The position numbers and the translations under genes were made by a program. A model generated the notes under the pieces. That model saw nothing but the letters and a program-made list of their open reading frames with translations, had not been told where the DNA came from and searched no databases. A stretch of DNA of 40,782 bases, taken from assembly GCA_964486945.1 (NCBI GenBank), contig CAZAPI010000001.1, positions 1 to 40,782 of the forward strand. The letters are read 5' to 3'. The DNA comes from an uncultured Rikenella sp. (GTDB taxonomy: Bacteria > Bacteroidota > Bacteroidia > Bacteroidales > Rikenellaceae). This document shows, piece by piece, positions 19,635-28,095 of this stretch. Each line of letters opens with the position of its first letter. The first letter of the stretch is position 1.

Positions 19635-19675
19635 AGAGGCCGCCGCCGAAAATTTTCGGCGGCGGCCTCTTTTTT
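19635..19675 (+). terminator. Intrinsic terminator after skp
   Basis: Perfect 36-bp palindrome AGAGGCCGCCGCCGAAAATTTTCGGCGGCGGCCTCT followed by TTTTT. Confidence 0.9.
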
Positions 19676-19676
19676 G

Positions 19677-19684
19677 TATCTTTG
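19677..19684 (+). promoter_or_regulatory. -7 box (TATCTTTG) for murI-ftsK-lolA
   Basis: Exact TAnnTTTG directly after the terminator tail, 23 nt before the murI ATG. Confidence 0.65.
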
Positions 19685-19707
19685 TCAACCGTTAACCACA
19701 GGTAAAC

Positions 19708-20520
19708 ATGACCTCCGACCCCCGCTCCCCCATCGGCATTATAGACTCCGGCATGGGCGGCATCACCATCTGGACCGAAATCGTCCGGACGATGCCGCAG
19801 GAAGAGGTCATATATTGGGCCGACAGCGCCAACTGCCCCTACGGTGGGAAAAGCAGGCAGGAGATCGGATCGCTCGTCAGAGCAGGCGTGGAAAGACTGG
19901 TGCGGGAAGGGGTCAAGCTCATCGTCATCGCCTGCAACACCGCTACCACCGCCGCCATAGGGAACTTGAGAGAAAGATGGCCCGGACTGCCCTTCGTAGG
20001 GCTGGAACCCGCCGTCAAACCCGCAGCACTTTCGACCCAAAGCGGAGTGATCGGAGTTCTCGGTACGGCATATACCATCAACAGCGATATGTTCCACCGG
20101 ACCGCTGAAAAATACGCTTCCGGCGTACGGATTATCGCCACTGCCGGCAACGGACTGGTCGAACAGGTCGAAAAAGGTTTGGAAGATGCCCCCGAAACGG
20201 AAACGCTGCTGCGCGCCTATATCGAACCGATGCTGGCCGAAGGGGCAGACAAACTCGTGCTCGCCTGCACCCACTATCCATTGCTGACCGCAGCGATACG
20301 CCGGATTATCGGCAGCCGGGAGATGGAGATCATCAATCCGGCCCCGGCCATCGCCCGGCACACCCACGAATTGCTCCGGGAGCGGAATTTGCTGACCCAC
20401 AACACCGAATCCGGCAAACATCGTTTCATCGGAAGCGGGAATCAAGAAGATATCGAACGGCTCAAGGAAAGAGCGGAACAATACCAAAAAAGCTATAACG
20501 AAACGGGGAACGGTAACTAA
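19708..20520 (+). CDS. murI: Glutamate racemase
   Basis: IGIIDSGMGG, CPYGGK, IACNTAT, VLACTHYP (two catalytic Cys). Confidence 0.96.
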   Translation: MTSDPRSPIGIIDSGMGGITIWTEIVRTMPQEEVIYWADSANCPYGGKSRQEIGSLVRAGVERLVREGVKLIVIACNTATTAAIGNLRERWPGLPFVGLEPAVKPAALSTQSGVIGVLGTAYTINSDMFHRTAEKYASGVRIIATAGNGLVEQVEKGLEDAPETETLLRAYIEPMLAEGADKLVLACTHYPLLTAAIRRIIGSREMEIINPAPAIARHTHELLRERNLLTHNTESGKHRFIGSGNQEDIERLKERAEQYQKSYNETGNGN

Positions 20521-20521
20521 G

Positions 20522-23500
20522 ATGGCAGCGAAACGACAGGTAGACAAACTCGCGCAACGGGCCGAAGAGGACCGGCGCACCTCGCGCGGCACTGCCGTAT
20601 CACGGCCAGCCGGACAGGCTTCTCGCCGTGCCGCGCCGGCCCCGGCTGCCAAGGCTGCGGCAACGAACCCCGACCGGCTGCGTACCGACCGGGTTCAACG
20701 TGTCGCCAGCCGCCAGCCTGCAGCATCTCCGACCGCAAACAGCCGGCGCCCTGTTGCCGCACCAACTTCCCGACCGCTCCCCAAACGGGGCCAACGGCCC
20801 GCGCCGCCACGCAAACCCGCCCCGATACCGGAAGACGAGGGGACGAGCGACCGCTTTATCTGGCTCAGCCTGATCCTGCTGTTCGTGGCAGGCTACTTAG
20901 CCGTGTCCACCTTCTCTTACCTGATCTACTGGGACGTGGACCAGAACATCGCCACCTGGGGCAACCTCTTCACCAACGTGCGGCAGGACGCCATGAACTG
21001 GGGCGGCCGTATCGGCGCGATCCTCGCCAACAGCATCGTGGGCCGCTGGTTCGGTATCTTCGGCGAACTGCTGCCGCTGATCGTCTTTTTCATCGCTATC
21101 AAGCTGCTCAGGCTCAAATCCATGCGCCTGCGGCGGGCCATACGCTCCACAATCCTGTTGATGATCGTCGGCTCGATTGCCGCCGGGCACTTCTTCGGCC
21201 CCGACCCGAAGGTATTCGGCAGCGGATGGGGAGGCACGCACGGCGTATTCGTCGCCCAATGGCTCGATACCATGATCGGATACGAAGGGACTTCGCTGTT
21301 GATCGTAGCGGCTTTCTGCGCCACCTTGTACTATGCCAACGGCCTTCTGATACGCAGCTGGGCTTCGAAGCTGAGGGCCTACAACCGCCGCAGGCGGGAG
21401 GAACATCGGCTGCGGCAGCAAACGCAGTGGCTCGAAGCGCAGGAAAAGATGCTGCGGATGCGGGCGGCTTTGGAAGAGCGGCGCAAAGAGCTGGCCTTGC
21501 AACAGGCAGAACAACCTGAAGTACAAACAGATACACCCAAAATCCCCGAAATACAGGGACCTACCTCCACGGAGACCCTATCCGGAACAAAAACGCAACC
21601 CGAGATTCCGAGGGAAACGACACTGGCCGAACCTGTCGGAGCGGTTCGGGAATCCCCGACCCGGCCTGCTGCCGGTTATCCGCACCCCGAACCTGCAGAC
21701 CGGGCAAGGCTGGTACAGAATACCGACGGCTCATGGGGCTACCTGATCGGCTACGACGACTGGAACATGCCGGTCATCTACTCGTTCGATCGGGAGAGTT
21801 ATTACGCCTACCAGGCTTATTCCGGCAACGGCGATGCCGTAGCTTTCCAGCGAGAGATGCCGGCAGGCACAATAAAGGAAGAAGAGCCGGAAGAGGAGAT
21901 CAACTTCACGCTGGCTACCCGGACGGAGCAACGGGAGCCGGCAACCGAACCGCAGGTACAATCAATACTCGTGCAACCGACAACCGAGCCGCAGGTACAA
22001 TCCATACCCGTACAACCGGCTGTGGAACCGGCTGCACACCCGTCAATCTTGCCGGATCGCTCTTTCGACGCGCCGCAACCGGCTCAACAGCCTCAGGCAC
22101 ACGCCCCGCAAGAGGACGATCCGGGCTTTATCGTCGAACAGCCCGAAGAGGAACAGGTGGACAACGAAGTGATCAACAGCAGCGACCTGTACGACCCGAC
22201 GCTAGAGCTGTCGCATTACCGCAAGCCTCCGGTGGAGCTGCTGGACGACCATACGCGGCGCGTGACCGTGACGGACGAGGAGCTGGTGGAGAACAAGAAC
22301 CGGATCGTCACGACGCTGGAAAACTTCGGCATCCGGATCGACACCATCGAGGCGACCATCGGGCCGACGGTGACCCTGTACGAAATCGTGCCGGCGCCGG
22401 GCGTACGCATCAGCAAGATCAAGAACCTCGAAGATGATATCGCGCTGAGCCTGTCGGCCCTGGGGATCCGTATCATCGCCCCGATTCCGGGCAAGGGAAC
22501 AGTGGGGATCGAGGTGCCGAACAAGGACAAAGAGGTCGTTTCGATGTACTCGGTCATCAAGTCGCCGAAATTCCACGACTCCCACGCCGATCTGCCGGTG
22601 GCGCTGGGCAAGACCATCCAGAACGAAACCTTCGTATTCGACCTGACCAAGATGCCCCACCTGCTGGTGGCAGGGGCCACGGGGCAGGGGAAATCAGTAG
22701 GGCTGAACGCCATTATCACCTCGCTGCTCTACAAAAAGCACCCGGCGGAGCTGAAATTCGTGTTGGTAGACCCGAAAAAGGTGGAGCTTACCTTGTATGC
22801 AAAGCTCGAAAAGCACTTCCTCGCCAAGATGCCGGACGCCGAGGAAGCGATCATCACCGATACGCAGAAAGTGATCTACACGCTCAATTCCCTCTGTATC
22901 GAGATGGATGCCCGCTACGACCTGCTCAAAGCAGCCAAAGTGCGGAATATCAAGGAGTACAACGAGAAATTCATCAACCGTCGGCTTAATCCGGAGAAAG
23001 GGCACCGGTTCCTGCCCTACTTCGTGGTGATCGTGGACGAATTCGCCGACCTGATCATGACCGCCGGACGCGAGATCGAAACCCCGATCGCCCGTATCGC
23101 ACAGCTGGCACGGGCGGTGGGCATCCACCTGATTATCGCCACCCAGCGCCCGACCACCAATATCATCACCGGGGTGATCAAAGCCAACTTCCCGGCCCGT
23201 ATCGCATTCCGGGTGACCAGCATGATCGACTCCCGCACCATCCTCGATCAGCCGGGGGCCAACCAGCTTGTCGGACGCGGAGATATGCTGATCTCCACGG
23301 GCAACGAAGTGACGCGCGTGCAGTGCGCCTTTATCGACACGCCGGAGGTGGATCGCATCACCGACCACATCGAACACCAGCAGGGATACACGACGGCATA
23401 CGAATTGCCGGAATATACGCCGGAGGGGGAAGAATCCTCACCGGTGGGCGGGGATATGCTGACCAAACGCGACTCGTTGTTCGAGGAGGTAGCACGGTAT

Positions 23501-23695
23501 GTGGTGGCCAACCAGATGGGATCGGCATCGACCATTCAACGTAAATTCTCGATCGGCTTCAACCGGGCGGGACGACTGATCGACCAGCTCGAAGCGGCGG
23601 GCATCGTCGGGCACAGCGAAGGGGGCGGCAAACCGCGGCAGGTTCTGGTCAACGACCCGATGTCGCTGGAAATGATACTCGACAATCTATCTTAA
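20522..23695 (+). CDS. ftsK: DNA translocase FtsK
   Basis: 1057 aa; N-terminal TM domain, P/Q/E-rich linker, PHLLVAGATGQGKS, IVDEFADL, ATQRP, gamma domain STIQRKFSIGFNRAGRLIDQLE. Confidence 0.96.
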   Translation: MAAKRQVDKLAQRAEEDRRTSRGTAVSRPAGQASRRAAPAPAAKAAATNPDRLRTDRVQRVASRQPAASPTANSRRPVAAPTSRPLPKRGQRPAPPRKPAPIPEDEGTSDRFIWLSLILLFVAGYLAVSTFSYLIYWDVDQNIATWGNLFTNVRQDAMNWGGRIGAILANSIVGRWFGIFGELLPLIVFFIAIKLLRLKSMRLRRAIRSTILLMIVGSIAAGHFFGPDPKVFGSGWGGTHGVFVAQWLDTMIGYEGTSLLIVAAFCATLYYANGLLIRSWASKLRAYNRRRREEHRLRQQTQWLEAQEKMLRMRAALEERRKELALQQAEQPEVQTDTPKIPEIQGPTSTETLSGTKTQPEIPRETTLAEPVGAVRESPTRPAAGYPHPEPADRARLVQNTDGSWGYLIGYDDWNMPVIYSFDRESYYAYQAYSGNGDAVAFQREMPAGTIKEEEPEEEINFTLATRTEQREPATEPQVQSILVQPTTEPQVQSIPVQPAVEPAAHPSILPDRSFDAPQPAQQPQAHAPQEDDPGFIVEQPEEEQVDNEVINSSDLYDPTLELSHYRKPPVELLDDHTRRVTVTDEELVENKNRIVTTLENFGIRIDTIEATIGPTVTLYEIVPAPGVRISKIKNLEDDIALSLSALGIRIIAPIPGKGTVGIEVPNKDKEVVSMYSVIKSPKFHDSHADLPVALGKTIQNETFVFDLTKMPHLLVAGATGQGKSVGLNAIITSLLYKKHPAELKFVLVDPKKVELTLYAKLEKHFLAKMPDAEEAIITDTQKVIYTLNSLCIEMDARYDLLKAAKVRNIKEYNEKFINRRLNPEKGHRFLPYFVVIVDEFADLIMTAGREIETPIARIAQLARAVGIHLIIATQRPTTNIITGVIKANFPARIAFRVTSMIDSRTILDQPGANQLVGRGDMLISTGNEVTRVQCAFIDTPEVDRITDHIEHQQGYTTAYELPEYTPEGEESSPVGGDMLTKRDSLFEEVARYVVANQMGSASTIQRKFSIGFNRAGRLIDQLEAAGIVGHSEGGGKPRQVLVNDPMSLEMILDNLS
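21942..22019 (+). repeat. 39-bp in-frame tandem duplication in the ftsK linker
   Basis: CAACCGAACCGCAGGTACAATCAATACTCGTGCAACCGA / CAACCGAGCCGCAGGTACAATCCATACCCGTACAACCGG (34/39 identical); encodes TEPQVQSIxVQP twice. Confidence 0.85.
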
Positions 23696-23697
23696 CG

Positions 23698-24330
23698 ATG
23701 AAAAGACTACTGATTATCTGCCTACTGGGCCTCTTCGCCACCGGCGCATCGGCCGACGGGCAGTCGGAAGCCATTCTGGGCAAATTGCGCGAAAAGGTGC
23801 GCTCCTATACCAGTTATACACTCGACTTCACGGCGGCTATCGAAGGGGAAGGTTCCATAAAGGGGAATTTGACGGTCAGCGGCCGCCGGTTCGCAGCCAA
23901 AGTCCGGGGACAGGAGTTGTATTACGACGGGGCGACGCTGTGGAACTACATCCCGCAACAACAGGAAGTGACCATCGAGCGGCTCGACCCGAACAATCCC
24001 AGTGTGCTCTCGAATCCGTCGAAACTGATGAACATCGACCCGAAAGATTACAACCACCGGTCGCTGCCGGGCGTGCCCGATGCCAAGGGCAAGACTTTGC
24101 AGGTCGTGGAGCTGACTCCCAAGGAGAAGACGCCGGATTACACCTCCATGACCTTGTATATAGATCCGGCGACCTGGCTCCCGCAGCGCATTACCATCGC
24201 CACCCCGTCGTCGGACAACCCGATCGAATTCCGGCTGGAAAAGCTGCAACCCGGCGTACCTGTGAGCGAAGATACTTTCCGGTTCGACGTCAAAAGGCAT
24301 CCGGGTGTCGAGGTGATCGACTTCCGGTAG
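23698..24330 (+). CDS. lolA: LolA-family outer membrane lipoprotein carrier protein
   Basis: Signal peptide, YYDGATLWNY...EVTI, C-terminal FRFD..HPGVEVIDFR typical of Bacteroidota LolA; follows ftsK. Confidence 0.85.
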   Translation: MKRLLIICLLGLFATGASADGQSEAILGKLREKVRSYTSYTLDFTAAIEGEGSIKGNLTVSGRRFAAKVRGQELYYDGATLWNYIPQQQEVTIERLDPNNPSVLSNPSKLMNIDPKDYNHRSLPGVPDAKGKTLQVVELTPKEKTPDYTSMTLYIDPATWLPQRITIATPSSDNPIEFRLEKLQPGVPVSEDTFRFDVKRHPGVEVIDFR

Positions 24331-24453
24331 GTAGGGATAATAAATCCCTGAAGATCGACAACAATGCCAAGCGGCTCTTTTTCAACGGCAGCGGGCTGGG
24401 CAAATTACACAACCGAAGCACGCGGTGGAGACGGCAGCCCCGTTCTGCCCCGC

Positions 24454-24490
24454 AATCCGGGCAGGGAACGGTTTCCCTGCCCGGGTTTTT
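24454..24490 (+). terminator. Intrinsic terminator after lolA
   Basis: CCGGGCAGGGAA-CGGT-TTCCCTGCCCGG then GTTTTT. Confidence 0.75.
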
Positions 24491-24710
24491 CCGTCACTCT
24501 CGGCCCGATGGCCTTTCCGAGGGGTAAACGGATCTAAGTTTCCTTAATGCCGGATTATTCAACTTCACGTTCCCGCGGGTGGCGACCGATAACCGGATGA
24601 TTTCCGTTCGCAAAATAAAGTCAACGGTCAGAATCAATGCTTTACGGCGTCAATCTCCGTCCACCGGCAGAAATGTACCGTCAAAAACAGTTTGCCGCTC
24701 CGCCGTCCGG

Positions 24711-24758
24711 AAAAAAGCGAGGCAGCTTTCTCCCGCGGGAGAAAGCTGCCTCGCTTTT
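24711..24758 (-). terminator. Intrinsic (possibly bidirectional) terminator after yajC
   Basis: Perfect 46-bp palindrome 24713-24758, with A6 on the left (U6 on the minus-strand RNA) and T4 on the right. Confidence 0.9.
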
Positions 24759-24782
24759 ATGACCGGTAACGATCCCTTAGCT

Positions 24783-25109
24783 TTACTTCTGGATCATATC
24801 GGACGGATCGCGCATCACCATGCTCTTGGCAACACGGAGCTTCACCCCGTTATCGACCTCGAGCAGCACGCTCTCGTCGCTCACTTCCTTAACGGTGCCG
24901 TAGATACCGCCGGCGGTGATCACTTTCGTACCGTTCTCCAGCGTGTTGCGGAACTGGTTCAGTTCTTTCTGGCGTTTCTGCTGGGGACGGATCATAAAAA
25001 AGTACATTACCACGAAGATCAGTACCATCATTCCGATGAACGACCAGTTGCTGCCTCCCGCCGCAGCGCCGCTTTGGGCCGCCTGAAGCATGATTGTGTT
25101 GAGTGTCAT
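24783..25109 (-). CDS. yajC: Preprotein translocase subunit YajC
   Basis: Single TM then YFFMIRPQQKRQK, KVITAGGIYGTV. Confidence 0.96.
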   Translation of the reverse strand: MTLNTIMLQAAQSGAAAGGSNWSFIGMMVLIFVVMYFFMIRPQQKRQKELNQFRNTLENGTKVITAGGIYGTVKEVSDESVLLEVDNGVKLRVAKSMVMRDPSDMIQK

Positions 25110-25224
25110 GAATTTTTCTGTTTTATTTAGTTGTTTTTATTGTTTTCTCCGTAGTTTATAACGGAATCCCAACCCGTTTAGTGTGCAAATGCCGTGCAAA
25201 ATTCCTTACAGGAGGCGTACCGCA

Positions 25225-25713
25225 TCAGTTTTTCCCCGGCATATAGACTTCGCCGTCCAGGTAAACCGTGGTGCACTGCCGCTCGGCCGTAATGATCTCG
25301 ATCGACTTAAATTGCTGCCCGAAACGTCCCCGGCTGTCGAAGCGCCACTTCACCGTGATGCTGTCCCCCGCCGGAACCGGCGCCGGATCGTAATCCGCCG
25401 TCGTACAACCGCAGCCGGTAATCATCTGTACGATCACCAGCGGCTTGTCCGAAACATTGACCACCCGGAACCTGCCTTCAACCACGTCCCCCTCCGCAAT
25501 CCGCCCCATCGCAATGGTGTCGTAAGAGCGCGCCGACACATAGTCTCCTTTAGGATTGAGGTTCGCGCTGTCCGCCAAAGGCAAAGCAACTGTCAGCAAA
25601 GCAGCCCCCCCGCCATCTGCCGAAGTGCTCCCCGACGGTGCTCCTCCCCCGCAGGCAACAACGCCCCCGCCCGCCAGACATGCAGTCAATATACAGAGAA
25701 ACAGCCTACGCAT
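25225..25713 (-). CDS. DUF1573-like Ig-fold exported protein (possible lipoprotein)
   Basis: Signal-like N-terminus with VVAC, FRVVNVSDKPLVI, GCGCT, PVPAG, FDSRGRFGQQFKSI; sits between nusB and yajC as in other Bacteroidota. Confidence 0.8.
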   Translation of the reverse strand: MRRLFLCILTACLAGGGVVACGGGAPSGSTSADGGGAALLTVALPLADSANLNPKGDYVSARSYDTIAMGRIAEGDVVEGRFRVVNVSDKPLVIVQMITGCGCTTADYDPAPVPAGDSITVKWRFDSRGRFGQQFKSIEIITAERQCTTVYLDGEVYMPGKN

Positions 25714-26698
25714 TATTCGTCTGTTTATCTTTCGAAACGCCCGTGTCGATCAGTCCCCGTCCCGTTTTGGCGATCTTGCCCTCCTCGGTCAGCCACACCA
25801 CCAGTTTGTCGAGTATCCCGTTCACGAACACGCTGCTGCCCGGCGTGGAATAGTATTTCGATATTTCGATGAACTCGTCCAGGGTCACTTTCACCGGAAT
25901 GGTCGGGAACTGGATCAGCTCGGTAATAGCCGCCAGCATAATGAGTTTATCCATGAAGGCGATTCGGTCGAAGTCCCAGTTTTTGGTGAACTTGTCGATA
26001 TAGCCGAAATACTCTTCATGGTTGACCAGGGCCTTGCGGAAAAGCGTTTCCACATACTCTTTGTCGTCGTCGTTCTTGTACATCGGCATAACATCGAGGT
26101 CGGCCGATCTTTCGTTCAGGAACCCGATGGTCCGCATGGCCAGCCCCAGGCAATAAGATATATCGTCGACCCAGTACATCGACATCTCCTCCAGCGCTTC
26201 CTCGAAATAGTCGTTGTCTTCGATATGGGTCGAAAGGAAATCGGTCACGAACCGGCGGTCGGCGGCAAAAGCCTCTTTTTCGTTCTCGGGCACCGCCGCC
26301 TCCATGTACCGTTTGTAATACGGTGCGGCGATCATATCCTGGTAAAGCCGCTTGATCAGCGTCTGCTGCCCATTCCAACTTGCTTTGCAGCGGGTCATGG
26401 CATCGGCCAGCACGGCGCTCTCTTCGATCTTTGCGACCACCCGGTTGTCCACGAAACGGCGGTTCGGATTCAAATCCTCCTCCGTAGGCATCATTTTGGC
26501 CTGCCCGATAGCGATCCGCTCGCGCGCCACTTCGGCCACTTCGCCGATAAGGGCGATCATCATCAGGTAAAGCTCATAGCTTTTCTGAATACTCACGGTC
26601 AGTTCTTTCTCGGAACGGATAAGCGATTCTTCCCTGGATTGGAAATAACTGTAGAGCGATTTGACGGTCTTGATGCGGAGCAGTCGGCGACTAAGCAT
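25706..26698 (-). CDS. nusB: Transcription antitermination factor NusB (long Bacteroidota form)
   Basis: MLSRRLLRIK start, NWDFDRIAFMD, IPVKVTLDEFIEISKYYSTPGSSVFVNGILD. Start moved to ATG 26698. Confidence 0.93.
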   Translation of the reverse strand: MLSRRLLRIKTVKSLYSYFQSREESLIRSEKELTVSIQKSYELYLMMIALIGEVAEVARERIAIGQAKMMPTEEDLNPNRRFVDNRVVAKIEESAVLADAMTRCKASWNGQQTLIKRLYQDMIAAPYYKRYMEAAVPENEKEAFAADRRFVTDFLSTHIEDNDYFEEALEEMSMYWVDDISYCLGLAMRTIGFLNERSADLDVMPMYKNDDDKEYVETLFRKALVNHEEYFGYIDKFTKNWDFDRIAFMDKLIMLAAITELIQFPTIPVKVTLDEFIEISKYYSTPGSSVFVNGILDKLVVWLTEEGKIAKTGRGLIDTGVSKDKQTNNA

Positions 26699-26781
26699 GG
26701 AAACAACGGTATATGGTAATGTACGGTAAAAAAGATATTCCGACAGGAACCTGCGCCCCCCGGAACTGAAAACTGCGCTGA

Positions 26782-27003
26782 TTAATATTCGTCTTCGTTG
26801 AAGAAGAAGTCGTCCTTGCTCGGATAGTCCGGCCAAATATCCTCGATACTTTCGTAGATCTCGCCCTCGTCCTCGATCTCCTGCAGGTTCTCGATCACCT
26901 CCAGCGGAGCGCCCGAACGAATGGCATAATCGATCAACTCGTCTTTGGTGGCGGGCCAGGGTGCATCTTCGAGTTTGGATGCCAGTTCAAGTGTCCAGTA
27001 CAT
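26782..27003 (-). CDS. DUF2795 family small acidic protein (73 aa)
   Basis: MYWTLELASKLEDAPWPATKDELIDYAIRSGAPLEVIENLQ...FFNEDEY; the start at ATG 27003 lies downstream of the promoter box. Confidence 0.9.
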   Translation of the reverse strand: MYWTLELASKLEDAPWPATKDELIDYAIRSGAPLEVIENLQEIEDEGEIYESIEDIWPDYPSKDDFFFNEDEY

Positions 27004-27060
27004 AGTTTTCGCGTGTTTGTTAACTCTCACCTTTCCGGGGCCAGTGGTCTCCGGGAGTCG

Positions 27061-27068
27061 CAAAAGTA
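27061..27068 (-). promoter_or_regulatory. -7 box (TACTTTTG) for DUF2795
   Basis: Exact TAnnTTTG+CG on the minus strand. Confidence 0.65.
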
Positions 27069-27102
27069 ACAATTTTTTCGGGATACAATCGGCTGTGGAT
27101 CG

Positions 27103-27657
27103 TTATTTTTTCGGTTCCCAGCGTACATCCGCCGCCCCCAGGTCGTATCCCAGCCTCCGCCCCAAGGCGTAAAAGTAATCCGACAGCCGGTTCAGGTATC
27201 CCCTGACTGTTTCAGGTACGTCCGGATATTGCCCGGCAGCGCTGACCACCCGCCGCTCGGCGCGACGGCAGGTTGTCCGGCAAATATGGCTGTACGACAG
27301 CTGCGGATGTCCGCACGGCAGGGTGAAATGCCGCAGCTCAGGCAATCCTTCCTGCAACTCGTCTATATGCTTTTCCAACTGAGCGATATCATCGGGAGAT
27401 ACCTGCGGCAATTCGGCCTTCAGGGTCTCCTCCGATGCCAGCAGGGATGCACAGCTCATCAGCCGGTCCAGCACCCACTCCAGCTGTTTTTTCTCTTCCG
27501 GGTGCTTTTGGCCGAGCATGTCGTGCAGGTATCCGGTATGGGCCATCAGTTCGTCGACGGTACCGTATGCCTCGATCCGGGGGTCGTTCTTGGCCGCCCG
27601 CGTACCGCCTGCCAACGAGGTGGTTCCCTTGTCGCCTGTGCGTGTGTAGATTTTCAT
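27103..27657 (-). CDS. PduO-type ATP:cob(I)alamin adenosyltransferase
   Basis: MKIYTRTGDKGTT, RIEAYGTVDEL, FTLP, CRTTCRRAER, YLNRLSDYFY. Confidence 0.95.
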   Translation of the reverse strand: MKIYTRTGDKGTTSLAGGTRAAKNDPRIEAYGTVDELMAHTGYLHDMLGQKHPEEKKQLEWVLDRLMSCASLLASEETLKAELPQVSPDDIAQLEKHIDELQEGLPELRHFTLPCGHPQLSYSHICRTTCRRAERRVVSAAGQYPDVPETVRGYLNRLSDYFYALGRRLGYDLGAADVRWEPKK

Positions 27658-27680
27658 CCCTTGTATAATTATTCTTTCGG

Positions 27681-28080
27681 TTACTGTTCCAGTGCCGGAT
27701 GCTCATTCACCCGGTGCAGCCGCTTCGATTTCGACACCCCTGCGTAGATCAGCGGTACCGCCACATTCTCCAAAGCCGTATAGCGCGGCTGCAGGTTGAA
27801 CGTCTGGGAAACGAAGCCTATCTCCTTGTTGCGCACCTCCGCCAGTTCATCCTCGTCCATATGCTCACATCCGTACCGTTCAGCACATAGCGGCCCGATG
27901 TCGGCGTATCCAAACAGCCCAGGATATCCATCAGCGTCGATTTGCCCGAACCCGACGGCCCCATGATCGCCACATAACCGTAGCGCCGAATCTTCACGCC
28001 AGCGCGTGCACCTCCTGCGTGCCGACCACATAAGTCTTCCGTATATTTTCGATCGAAATGATCTCTTCGCGGTTTGCCAC
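27681..28080 (-). pseudogene. LolD/MacB-type ABC transporter ATPase pseudogene
   Basis: Three frames: [21 protein letters not shown] | [33 protein letters not shown] | [28 protein letters not shown]. Signature, Walker B and H-loop are missing before the stop. Confidence 0.88.
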
Positions 28081-28095
28081 AAGAGCGTAAGTTTG

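Noticed and set aside
25184-25199. Sigma54-like TTGCACGGCATTTGCA upstream of yajC (and AAGCACGACGTTTGTA upstream of skp)
   Set aside because: The essential GG at -24 is missing in both; kept only as a curiosity.
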